Assembly (NCBI GenBank): GCA_039815565.1 | Contig: JBCBZB010000012.1 | Coordinates: 5,072-69,071, forward strand | From: Planctomycetota bacterium | Lineage (GTDB): Bacteria > Planctomycetota > UBA1135 > UBA2386 | DNA: 64,000 nucleotides | Direction: 5' to 3' | Shown here: in pieces, positions 22,306 through 31,163 of the stretch | How positions within the stretch are numbered: position 1 is the stretch's first letter | Layout: every line of letters begins with the position of its first letter | The notes under the pieces: generated by a model | Databases searched by the model: none | The model's input: only the letters and a program-made list of their open reading frames with translations | What the model was told of the DNA's origin: nothing | Made by a program: the position numbers and the translations under genes

Positions 22306-22345
22306 CGGGGGTTGGAGTTGAGAGCCTCCAGCCCCCGATTTTAGT
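22306..22345 (+). terminator. Rho-independent terminator hairpin (11-bp GC-rich stem, U-tract)
   Basis: GGGGGTTGGAG-ttgagag-CCTCCAGCCCCC followed by GATTTTA. It lies 160 nt downstream of the aspC stop. Confidence 0.6.
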
Positions 22346-22428
22346 CCGGCCTCGCGCCGCCTCCTCCCCTGCTCCGTTCGAGCTGCACCGCCGCACAGAG
22401 GATCAGTCCGTTTCGGGCCGCGTTCTGT

Positions 22429-23778
22429 TCAGAGCCGCAGCGCGTTCACGCAACCATCCGGCAACTCGCGCAGACAGACCTGCTGCAACTGAGCCCGCGC
22501 GTCCCGATCGGTCTCGGAGCTGAACACATAGAGACGCCACAACCGCGGGTAGGAACGTGCGAGGTCACCGAGTCTCGGAACGCGGTCCGCGAAGTCCTCG
22601 AGTGTGCCGAACACGGCTCCCTCGCGCGACGGCATCCGGACCTGGGTGCGCGCTTCCTTCAGCTGCATCTCACGCGCGGGGCAGTAGAGAAGGACATCGA
22701 CCGGTCGGCCAAGCACCTTCTGCGCCTCGGCTTCGATGCGTTGCTCCCAAACTCGCCGCGAAGTCGCCGCGTTCGGATCGAAGAACGTGTCGAGCAACGC
22801 CTGCTGATGCTCCTGATTCTCGGCCGCGGTCAGAACCGCTAGGCGTTTCAGGAGCGCCCGCCGCCGATAGCGCTCGATCAGTCGTCGCAAGCGCGCCTGA
22901 TCCTCGCCGTTCGACAGTCGAACCGACTCCAGATGGAACAGCAGGGATTCGTCGGTCGCCTGCCGCAGGTCGTCGGCAGTCAAGCGACCATCGAGCAACG
23001 CTGCCTCGACCATACGGGCGATCATCGCTCCGGCCGCGATCTTGGCGTGGTGGTAGTAGACCCGCTCGCTGAAGTGGAAGCGGATCTCAAGCATTCGCAC
23101 GAGTTCCGAGGTGATGTCCTCCCGGAGCATCCCGCCCTTCTCGCAGTCGACGAACATCCGCTGCGACTCGCGGTCGACCCGGAACCAGGCCAGAGCGCGA
23201 TCGTCGTAGCGGAGCGCAAGGCCAGTGTGGTACGCGTCGCGGCGGAGGTAGTCACACAGGTCGGCATCGATCGTGTCGGAATGGATCTGCGTCAGGTAAG
23301 GCGGAAGCTCTTCATCACCGCAGAGCATCCCGAGCACGCGGGACCGTAGCCCGAGTCCATCGAGCACCGAGCCGATCTCGGTGTCGCCGAGAGCTTCGCG
23401 AAACCGCTCAGCGTGGTCGTGCCGTGCCAGGAGACCGGTCTGATCCTCGAGGTTGTGCCCGAACGGAACATGCGTCACGTCGTGGAGCAGGGCAGCGATG
23501 CGAATCGTGCGCCGATCCTCGTCCCCGATCCGAAGGCAGTTGCCCGGGTCCCGCTCGGCGTTGCGATTCACGGCGTCGATCATCCGATCGGCGCAGTGCA
23601 TCGTCCCGATCGAGTGTTCGAACCGGGTATGCACGGCGCCCGGATAGACCAACGAAGCCGTCCCGAGCTGCTTGACTCCGCGCAGACGCTGAAAATCGCG
23701 CGTGTCGATCAGCGCGATCTCTTCGTGGGTCAGCTCGATGTCACCGTGTACCGGGTCGCGTAGCGTCCGCGTGCTCAT
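22429..23778 (-). CDS. HD-domain dNTP triphosphohydrolase-like protein (dGTPase/SAMHD1 family)
   Basis: RFEHSIGT and LLHDVTHVPFGH (HD motif). dGTPase-type helical C-terminus. Start at the ATG at 23778 (MSTRTLRDPVHG). The upstream 69 aa of the track ORF were rejected. Confidence 0.75.
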   Translation of the reverse strand: MSTRTLRDPVHGDIELTHEEIALIDTRDFQRLRGVKQLGTASLVYPGAVHTRFEHSIGTMHCADRMIDAVNRNAERDPGNCLRIGDEDRRTIRIAALLHDVTHVPFGHNLEDQTGLLARHDHAERFREALGDTEIGSVLDGLGLRSRVLGMLCGDEELPPYLTQIHSDTIDADLCDYLRRDAYHTGLALRYDDRALAWFRVDRESQRMFVDCEKGGMLREDITSELVRMLEIRFHFSERVYYHHAKIAAGAMIARMVEAALLDGRLTADDLRQATDESLLFHLESVRLSNGEDQARLRRLIERYRRRALLKRLAVLTAAENQEHQQALLDTFFDPNAATSRRVWEQRIEAEAQKVLGRPVDVLLYCPAREMQLKEARTQVRMPSREGAVFGTLEDFADRVPRLGDLARSYPRLWRLYVFSSETDRDARAQLQQVCLRELPDGCVNALRL

Positions 23779-24036
23779 CCGACCGAGCGTACAAAAAGTG
23801 AGGCCACACCCGATCCGAGAACCGGGTGCGACCCCACCCCACGACAGAGAGACGCCACCGCGACCCCACAGCCACGGTGAGTGGCGGCCACAGGCAGTCG
23901 CCTGCGCAGCTGAGTTCTTCGGCTCCCGGTGTCCCGAACTGTCGAGTTTTTCGACAGCCGAGCCCGGAGAGAGACCGCATCTCACGAGCGGAGCCGGCAG
24001 TTCGAGCGGATCGGTGCGACGGCAACGGCGGAATGG

Positions 24037-25473
24037 CTACGGCCAGGTGGTGTCGCCGAGAAGCAGCATCGAGCGAACAATCTCGTTTCGCGTGATCCGC
24101 CAGAAGCCGGGACGGATCGGCAGGGTGGGTTCTGGACCTTGGGCGAGGACCTCGACCCTCTCCACGGTCGGGTCGGGACCAAGCACCACCCGGTCGAGCT
24201 CCGCGAGCCCGGACCAGTCGATCGACACCCGATTCGATCCGAGCTCGAGGAAGCCTCGCGCCGGCACCCGACTCCGCGCCAGAGGCACGGCGAGCGTGAC
24301 CGAACCGCTATCCGCCAGTCGACCACGCAGGATCCCGGGCGAGGCCGCCGCTGGCGCGAGAAGGCCCCGGCGAGCAGGGACCGGGGAGCGCACGAACGAG
24401 ATCTCGGCCGGCAACTCCAACAGTGCGCCTGCAAACTCGAAGTCGACCGTGACCTCCTCTCGTTCGCGAGGGAACCGCAACCGAATCTCGGCTCGCCCAG
24501 ATCGGAGGTCGAACCGTTCGACGAGGCCTTCGGGCAGCGATGGATGCTCGCAGACGAGTTCGAACTGCCCCTCGGCCGGCAGTCCTCCGATCCATGCGAC
24601 TCCGTCTTCTCCGAGCTCGACCGATCGATCGGCCGAGCGATGAAACGGATACGCGATCGCATCGCGCCCTCGTCGACCCGGACGCAAGTGGAGCTGCACG
24701 AGCCGGTCGGAGTCGAGCTCACGAAGACTCCGCGTGTGCACCCGCAGTCGCCCCTCAGGTCCGAGCCTCAGCACCAGCGGCTCCGGGCGTTCCGTCACCT
24801 CGATCCGCTGGAACACAGTCGTGTACCCCTCGGCACGAGCGACGATCGGAACTCCGGTTCCCGACGAGGTCTCGAGCGAGAACCGGCCTTCGGCATCGGT
24901 CGTCACGGTCTGCAACTCACCGTCGATCCACTCCGACGCGTCCACGACCGCATCCGCGATCGGCTGCCCCTCGGAGTTCCGAACAGAGCCCTCCACGAGG
25001 CGCCGAGCCGCGACGATAAGCTCGAGGGATCCGCTCTGAGCGAAAGCGATCCGATCGATCTCTCGACCCTCGGGGATCCTCACGCGCAGGAGGTGCGCCC
25101 CGACCATTTCACCACCGGCGGCGGCCGAGCCGGCGATCAGTTGGGCTTCTAGCCGATCACCGCCACGTCCGTAGGTCACTTCGACCTCGCCCAACTCGGA
25201 GAGCTCGAGTCGACCGATCTGCTTGGTGAACCAAATCGTGGACGCGAAACCGTCGCTCCCGGACTCGGCGGTTTCCGGATCCTCGGGTCGCGGCTTCTGG
25301 ATCCGCTCGGTCGTTTGCCGGATCGGCGGCGGCTCCTCGCCCGGATCGCCGCAACTCTTCGCCGGGAACAGGAAGACCCCGGCGACTCCGACGATCAGAA
25401 CGAGCGGCACCCATCGCGGCCCGGTCTCCCGGCCCGCCTTGTCTCCGCTCACACTGCCCGACGCCTTGGCCAT
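24037..25473 (-). CDS. Hypothetical membrane-anchored protein with a CarbopepD_reg-like domain
   Basis: TM WVPLVLIVGVAGVFLF after the Met at 25473. VVDASEWIDGELQTVTTDAEGRFSLE is a CarbopepD_reg-like beta-sandwich signature. Confidence 0.55.
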   Translation of the reverse strand: MAKASGSVSGDKAGRETGPRWVPLVLIVGVAGVFLFPAKSCGDPGEEPPPIRQTTERIQKPRPEDPETAESGSDGFASTIWFTKQIGRLELSELGEVEVTYGRGGDRLEAQLIAGSAAAGGEMVGAHLLRVRIPEGREIDRIAFAQSGSLELIVAARRLVEGSVRNSEGQPIADAVVDASEWIDGELQTVTTDAEGRFSLETSSGTGVPIVARAEGYTTVFQRIEVTERPEPLVLRLGPEGRLRVHTRSLRELDSDRLVQLHLRPGRRGRDAIAYPFHRSADRSVELGEDGVAWIGGLPAEGQFELVCEHPSLPEGLVERFDLRSGRAEIRLRFPREREEVTVDFEFAGALLELPAEISFVRSPVPARRGLLAPAAASPGILRGRLADSGSVTLAVPLARSRVPARGFLELGSNRVSIDWSGLAELDRVVLGPDPTVERVEVLAQGPEPTLPIRPGFWRITRNEIVRSMLLLGDTTWP

Positions 25474-25531
25474 CCGCGCCGACGATAGCTCGCCCGGACG
25501 CCCCTGTTTCGCACTACGCTCGGAATCGCCC

Positions 25532-26614
25532 GTGACCACGAAGCTCCGCATCGCTCTCGACTACCGACCCGCCCTTCTCGGTCGGTCCGGGGTGCCGCGC
25601 GCGGCCCGCGAGCTCTCCCAGGCGCTCGCAGCCGACGAGCGGATCGAGTGCCGCAACTTTGCGCATTCGTTCGGGTGGGCCAGGGTCTCCCCTCCGAACG
25701 GCACACGATTGAGGCGGTTGCCGATCCCCGGCCGATCGCTCCGCCACCTCTCGCGCCTGGGTCTGACGGCCGAACGACTGGTCGGAGGTGCCGATGTCGT
25801 GCACTGGACGGACTTCGTCCTGCCGCCGACCGCTGCCTCGACGCCCGTCGTGTTCACCGCGCACGATCTCGCAGCCTTCGAGGACCCGAGCTACCACGGC
25901 CGCGGCTCACAGGCGCTGATCGAACGCACCCGGTTCGCCGCCGAGCGGGCTCAGCGCGTCGTCACACCGACCGAGACGATCGCGCGGGCTGTCACCGAAC
26001 ATCTCGGTCTCCCTCCCGAGCGTGTGACCTCGATTCCCTGGGGACTGAACCACGACGGTTGCTGGCCCAAGAAGCCCGAGTCCGGTGGTTCGCACCTCCT
26101 CTGCGTCGGAACGATCGAGCCGCGCAAGAACCACCTGGCCATCCTCCGCGCCTGGCGGCAACTCGGCGAGGATCGACCGAAGTTGCTGGTGCTTGGCAAG
26201 CTCGGCTGGGAAGCGGAACGGATCGCCACCGCGCTGGAAGCCGCCGCAGACGACGGGTCGCTCAAGTGGCGACGCGATGCGAGCGATCACGAGCTCGAGA
26301 CAGCCTTCGGAGATGCGCTCGGACTGGTCTACCTCTCGAGTTACGAGGGCTTCGGGTTTCCTCCGCTCGAGGCTTTGGCCCGTGGTCTCCCGACGCTGGT
26401 CGGGGACGCCGAATCCTGCCGAGAGTCCACCTTGGGTCTCGCGACCTCCTGTAACCCACAGGACGACGAGTCGGTCCTCGAAGGACTCCGCACCCTGCTC
26501 GAGGCTCCAAGAACGGACGAAGCGATCGCTCGGCGGGTGCAGCACGCACGAGGATTCACCTGGTCCAACTGCGCCAGTCGCTACGCCGACGTCTACCGCG
26601 AGGTCGCAGGATGA
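25532..26614 (+). CDS. Glycosyltransferase family 4 (GT-B) protein
   Basis: C-terminal EGFGFPPLEA, the E-x7-E GT4 motif. GTG start at 25532 (VTTKLRIALDY). The upstream part of the track ORF overlaps the convergent gene. Confidence 0.75.
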   Translation: MTTKLRIALDYRPALLGRSGVPRAARELSQALAADERIECRNFAHSFGWARVSPPNGTRLRRLPIPGRSLRHLSRLGLTAERLVGGADVVHWTDFVLPPTAASTPVVFTAHDLAAFEDPSYHGRGSQALIERTRFAAERAQRVVTPTETIARAVTEHLGLPPERVTSIPWGLNHDGCWPKKPESGGSHLLCVGTIEPRKNHLAILRAWRQLGEDRPKLLVLGKLGWEAERIATALEAAADDGSLKWRRDASDHELETAFGDALGLVYLSSYEGFGFPPLEALARGLPTLVGDAESCRESTLGLATSCNPQDDESVLEGLRTLLEAPRTDEAIARRVQHARGFTWSNCASRYADVYREVAG

Positions 26615-27678
26615 CCGGACCTGTGGTCTTCGACGGCAGCATCCTCGGTGCCGGCCCCTGGACCGGGGTCGCATCGAGTTTCGTGACGACACTCGACGCC
26701 TGGCTCGACACGACCTCGCTCGAGGCAATCGTCGTCCTGCCCGACGAAGCCAGTCGAGACGCGCTCCACCCTCTGGTCTCGGATCGTGCGGAGTTGCGTG
26801 TCGAACCGAGCCTGAGCGGCCTCCTCCGACCGATCGCACGTACCCGACTCTGGCAGCGCCTTGGGCCGGCGATCTGGCACAGCCCGGTTGCAGCTCTTCC
26901 CGCGGGCCCGCTCGACCGGGGCGCCGGCTTCGTCGCGACGATCCACGACCTTCCCTGGATGCGGGGCCAAGAGCTCGATGGGGAGCGACCCTTCGGACGA
27001 CACCGTCGGGCCCTGCGTCGTGCACTCAGAGCGGCACGCGCGGGGCGCGGTCGAATCCTCGTTCCCTCCGCAAACACCGCGACCGAGCTTCGGGCCTCAG
27101 AGGGAAACCACGAGGTCACGGTCTGCGCTCCGGGTCTCGCCAATCCAGAAGCCCCCCCGGACCTCGATCGATCGCGGCGGACCGGGCCGTTCGTCGTACT
27201 CGGCGACGATCGCCCGCGGAAAAACATCGATCGCCTGAAGAGAGCGCATGCAGCCGCTCGTGCGCGATGTCCCACGCTCCCGGAACTTCTCATCGCGGGT
27301 CCGATCCACGGGTTCCTGAACGAGGAAGAGAAGGATCGCCGCGTACGAGCTGCGACCGCTCTCCTTCACCTGTCGCTCCACGAGGGATTCGGCATGCCGA
27401 TCGTCGAAGCGTTCGCGCGCGGGACCCCGGTGTTGTGTAGCCGAATCCAGGTACTCGACGAAGTCAGCGCCGGCGCCGCACTGCAGGCGGACCCCACCGA
27501 CGAGTCCGAGATCACCGAAGCGTTGTTGCAGCTGCACCAGAACGCCGAGCTGCGCGATCGACTCGCGCGCGCTGGCCTCGATCGAGCCCGCGCGTTCGAG
27601 CCGGAACGCAGTGCCGCAATCTGGTGCGACGTCCACCGTAACCTCGCCGCATCCCATGGTGGAATACCTCCGGGATGA
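26611..27678 (+). CDS. Glycosyltransferase family 4 protein
   Basis: HEGFGMPIVEAFARGTPV GT4 motif. The ATGA overlap with the upstream GT indicates translational coupling. Confidence 0.75.
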   Translation: MTGPVVFDGSILGAGPWTGVASSFVTTLDAWLDTTSLEAIVVLPDEASRDALHPLVSDRAELRVEPSLSGLLRPIARTRLWQRLGPAIWHSPVAALPAGPLDRGAGFVATIHDLPWMRGQELDGERPFGRHRRALRRALRAARAGRGRILVPSANTATELRASEGNHEVTVCAPGLANPEAPPDLDRSRRTGPFVVLGDDRPRKNIDRLKRAHAAARARCPTLPELLIAGPIHGFLNEEEKDRRVRAATALLHLSLHEGFGMPIVEAFARGTPVLCSRIQVLDEVSAGAALQADPTDESEITEALLQLHQNAELRDRLARAGLDRARAFEPERSAAIWCDVHRNLAASHGGIPPG

Positions 27679-28799
27679 CAACTCGATCGAGACGCTACGG
27701 CTTCGCACTCTGGCTCGACGACGGAAGACCGTCGGGTGCGAACCGACGTCTGCGCGCGCTCGTCCGCGAACTCCCGGGACTCCTCGATCCGAACGAGCGC
27801 CTGATCTTCCTCTGCGGGAACGAGACGCCGGAGCCCGAGCCCCACCCGCTCTGCGAAGTCCTCCGCGTCGACATTCCAGCGATCCCCACACTCCGCCGCG
27901 CCTTCGCCGAGTCTCGCCAACTCCCGTCCTTGGCCGCAGAGCTCAGGCTCTCTCTCGTCGACGTCCAAGCCCTCCCGGTCCCGGGAATCGGCGAGATACC
28001 GACCGTCTGCACGATCCACGATCTGCGCGACCTCGGCCCTTTCGCCCGCCGTCCACGTTGGGTCTACCGCTGTGTGCTCCGTCGGTCGGCACGACACGTC
28101 GAAGCCTTCGTCACCCCGAGCCGAGCGACAGCCGCCCAGCTGCGCGACGAGATCGGTGCGGACTCAAACGCCTCGATCACGGTCGTTCCGAACGCACCGG
28201 ATCCGGCGTTCTTCGACCTCCAACGGGAGCCGAACGAAACTCCGATCCTGCTCCACGTCGGGCACCTCGAACGCCGCAAGAATCTCGGCCGTCTCGTTGA
28301 AGCGCTGGCCATCTTGAAGACCGAGAATCTGGAACTCTGCCTGATCGGCAACGACGGTGGCGAGCGAAACCGCCTGACTCAGCTCGCGGAATCACTCGGC
28401 GTCGCCGAACGAGTGCGCTTCGAAGGAGTGATCGACGAGGGCGAGATGTGGGACCGAATTCGAATCTGTTCACTGGTCGCGATCCCCTCACTCGACGAGG
28501 GATACGGCCTCCCCGCGATCGAAGCTCTGGCGGCCGGGTGCCCGACCCTTGTGTCCGCACACGGGGCACTCCCCGAGGTCGTCGGCGAAGCCGGCCAGGT
28601 CGTCGCGTCGGATCGAGCCGAAGACTGGGCCCGAGCGATCGACGAAACGATCGAGCTCAGTCGGGATCCGCACCGAGAGCCTCTTCGGATCGAAGTCCGG
28701 AAGCGGCGCGCCGCCCGCTACTCGTGGACCGAAAGCGCGAGGCAGCTGATCGAACTCTGGCGCGCGACGGCGGACGCCGTTCAGGCAGCCAACAGGTAG
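27675..28799 (+). CDS. Glycosyltransferase family 4 protein
   Basis: DEGYGLPAIEALAAGCPTLVS GT4 motif. ATGA overlap with the upstream GT. Confidence 0.75.
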   Translation: MTTRSRRYGFALWLDDGRPSGANRRLRALVRELPGLLDPNERLIFLCGNETPEPEPHPLCEVLRVDIPAIPTLRRAFAESRQLPSLAAELRLSLVDVQALPVPGIGEIPTVCTIHDLRDLGPFARRPRWVYRCVLRRSARHVEAFVTPSRATAAQLRDEIGADSNASITVVPNAPDPAFFDLQREPNETPILLHVGHLERRKNLGRLVEALAILKTENLELCLIGNDGGERNRLTQLAESLGVAERVRFEGVIDEGEMWDRIRICSLVAIPSLDEGYGLPAIEALAAGCPTLVSAHGALPEVVGEAGQVVASDRAEDWARAIDETIELSRDPHREPLRIEVRKRRAARYSWTESARQLIELWRATADAVQAANR

Positions 28800-29497
28800 G
28801 CCCCGTAGCCGACGGCCAGCGCCACCAACACGGCGAGGATGTTGACCATCAAGCGGCGGCCACCCCCGAGCTGGTCGATGTCTTGGGACAGCAGGTTGCC
28901 CGACGCACCGCGATCCGCAGCGACGCTCCTCTGCGCCATCGCCGAGGCGGCCGACGGCCGCGTCGCGGGAGCCGAGCGCACCTCGACGACTTCATCCTCG
29001 AACTCGACCAGGTTCGCTGTCGCCTTCTGGGACGCGGGAGCCTGGGGCGACCGAGGGGCGGTCGCCGGCTCGTCGAACGAGATCTCGTCGAAGTCGTCGG
29101 CGGGATCGATCGATGGCGGGACGGAAACCGGCGCACTCGCGACCGGTTCCTTCGGGGTCGCCGGCACAGGCTCGTCGAAGGTCAGTTCGTCGGCCTCATC
29201 CAGGCCAACTCCGGATGAAGCCTCGACCTCGCGGAACGTCATCGACGTGCCACCGCACTCGAGCACATCACCGTCGCGCAGCAGACGACGCGAGATCGTC
29301 TGGCCGTTGATCCTCGTGCCGTTGCGCGAGTCCAGGTCTTCGACCTCGACGACTCCCGACTCGACGATGACGCGAGCGTGCTGTCGAGAGACCTTCCCGT
29401 CCGCGAGAACGAGGTCAGCCGGTTTGACGCGCCCGATCACGAGTCCGTCCTGCACGGGCACGAGCCGGCCATCCGGCAATTCCAGGGTCGAAGCCAC
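28781..29497 (-). CDS. FHA-domain protein with a C-terminal TM anchor
   Basis: FHA signature GRVKPADLVLADGKVSRQHARV...SRNGTRINGQ. Pro/Ala-rich linker. C-terminal helix VNILAVLVALAVGYGAYLL. Confidence 0.75.
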   Translation of the reverse strand: MASTLELPDGRLVPVQDGLVIGRVKPADLVLADGKVSRQHARVIVESGVVEVEDLDSRNGTRINGQTISRRLLRDGDVLECGGTSMTFREVEASSGVGLDEADELTFDEPVPATPKEPVASAPVSVPPSIDPADDFDEISFDEPATAPRSPQAPASQKATANLVEFEDEVVEVRSAPATRPSAASAMAQRSVAADRGASGNLLSQDIDQLGGGRRLMVNILAVLVALAVGYGAYLLAA

Positions 29498-29514
29498 GAC
29501 GAGACGTTAGCCGA

Positions 29515-30435
29515 TCAGCCCCGAATCGCGGCGAAGTGCGGCGTCTCCAAGAGCAGCTTCCGATGCACCCAGGCGACCTCAAACTTCCTCTCCCGGCCCT
29601 GAGCCAGGTCGCTGCGATCCGCCTTGGACAGCGAACCGTCGTCGGTGACCAGCCAGGGTTCGAAGCCGAGCTCCTCGAACTGTCGGACGTGGTCCCCCGA
29701 GGAGATGCCGGCCCGCTCGAGGAAGGCCGCCGAAAACTCCGCGACGATCAACGGACACTGAGAAGCCACCTTTTCGGCACCGCGAAGCACCAGATACTCG
29801 GCACCCTCGACGTCCATCTTCCAGAGGGTCGGACGTCGCGAGCCATCCTCGTTCCACTCGGACCAGAACTCGTCCAGCGACTGCGCCGGGACCTCGACCG
29901 AGCCGCCACCGGTTTCCGAGTGGAACGGGATCAGAGAGTGCTTCCCCTGGTTGACCTTCTTGTAGCGGTGCAGCCGCACCGAGCCGGAGGCATCGCTGAG
30001 CGCACAGTGGATCGGCTCCACTCTTCGTTGCAGCCCTGCGAAGTTGCGCTGGAGCAGCGCAAAGTTCGACGGATCCGCCTCGAACGCGAGCAGCGCCGCG
30101 TCAGGTGCCGCCTCGCTGAGCAGGCGGGCGAAGAATCCGCAGTGCGCGCCGACGTCGAGGATCACATCCTGGGGATAGGCGCGAGCCGCTCGGGCCAGAA
30201 ACGTCGTGGTCTGCTGTTCGTGGATGCCGCGCTTGAAGAGACGACGGCCGATGAAGTCGTCTCTCGCGACGAAGAGCTCGCCTTCGAGGGCCAGCGGCTG
30301 GGTCTTGAGCGTCGACTGCCGCAGCAGGTGATTCCGCAGGATGTAGCCGCCCGACCAGAGCCACCGGCTCACCTGACCGCGGCCGCGGATCGAGGCCGCA
30401 ATGCGGTCCGGAACGGGTTCAGTCGCCGAATTCAT
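29515..30435 (-). CDS. FkbM-family SAM-dependent methyltransferase
   Basis: ILDVGAHCGFFA and LAFEADPSNFALLQRN are FkbM-family blocks. Confidence 0.7.
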   Translation of the reverse strand: MNSATEPVPDRIAASIRGRGQVSRWLWSGGYILRNHLLRQSTLKTQPLALEGELFVARDDFIGRRLFKRGIHEQQTTTFLARAARAYPQDVILDVGAHCGFFARLLSEAAPDAALLAFEADPSNFALLQRNFAGLQRRVEPIHCALSDASGSVRLHRYKKVNQGKHSLIPFHSETGGGSVEVPAQSLDEFWSEWNEDGSRRPTLWKMDVEGAEYLVLRGAEKVASQCPLIVAEFSAAFLERAGISSGDHVRQFEELGFEPWLVTDDGSLSKADRSDLAQGRERKFEVAWVHRKLLLETPHFAAIRG

Positions 30436-30553
30436 CGCTCGAATTCTGACATCGAGCAGCGTCCTGACCAGGGATCACGACGGAATTCGGCGGCTGAATC
30501 GTGAATGATCCAAGGTGCTCGGGATAGCAAGGGCGCGCTCAAGCAGCTCTCGA

Positions 30554-31132
30554 ATGGACGAACTCTTCTACTACTCCGCTCTGATCGGAGGCACGGTACT
30601 CGTGGTGCAGACGCTGATGCTCCTCATCGGCATCGGCGGCGACGAGTTCGACGCCGACTTCGATGCCGACGTCGACGTGCCGGACACCGACGCGGCCCAC
30701 CTCGGGATGGTCAAGATCCTGTCGGTGAAGGCGCTCGTGGCGTTCTTCACCTTCTTCGGTCTGACCGGGATGCTCGCTCGGGAGTCGGAACTCGACTTGC
30801 CGTCGTCCGGACTTCTGGCAGTCGCCGCCGGCGTCGCATCGATGTTCTTGGTGGCGTGGCTGTTGGCCTCGCTGACCAAACTTCACTCGCGCGGCAACCT
30901 CGACTTCGGACAGGCACAAGGCTCGACCGGGACGGTCTATCTGCGCGTCCACGCGGGCGGCGAGTCCGGAGGTCGGGTGACCGTGGAAGTTCAGGGCCGC
31001 CGGGTCGAGTGCCGCGCCATCACGCACGGCGAGGAGATCGCCGTCGGCACTCCGATCGTGGTCGTCGGGCTCGCCAACTCCAACACTCTCGAAGTCCGAC
31101 CCGCCGTCTCACCATCCCAAGCCGGTGACTGA
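30554..31132 (+). CDS. NfeD-like membrane protein (partner of an SPFH/flotillin protein)
   Basis: Two N-terminal TM helices. C-terminal OB-like beta domain GTVYLRV...VEVQGRRVECRAI. Sits directly upstream of the flotillin gene. Confidence 0.6.
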   Translation: MDELFYYSALIGGTVLVVQTLMLLIGIGGDEFDADFDADVDVPDTDAAHLGMVKILSVKALVAFFTFFGLTGMLARESELDLPSSGLLAVAAGVASMFLVAWLLASLTKLHSRGNLDFGQAQGSTGTVYLRVHAGGESGGRVTVEVQGRRVECRAITHGEEIAVGTPIVVVGLANSNTLEVRPAVSPSQAGD

Positions 31133-31163
31133 GCGCTGATCCTCCGCACCGACCGGAACCACC

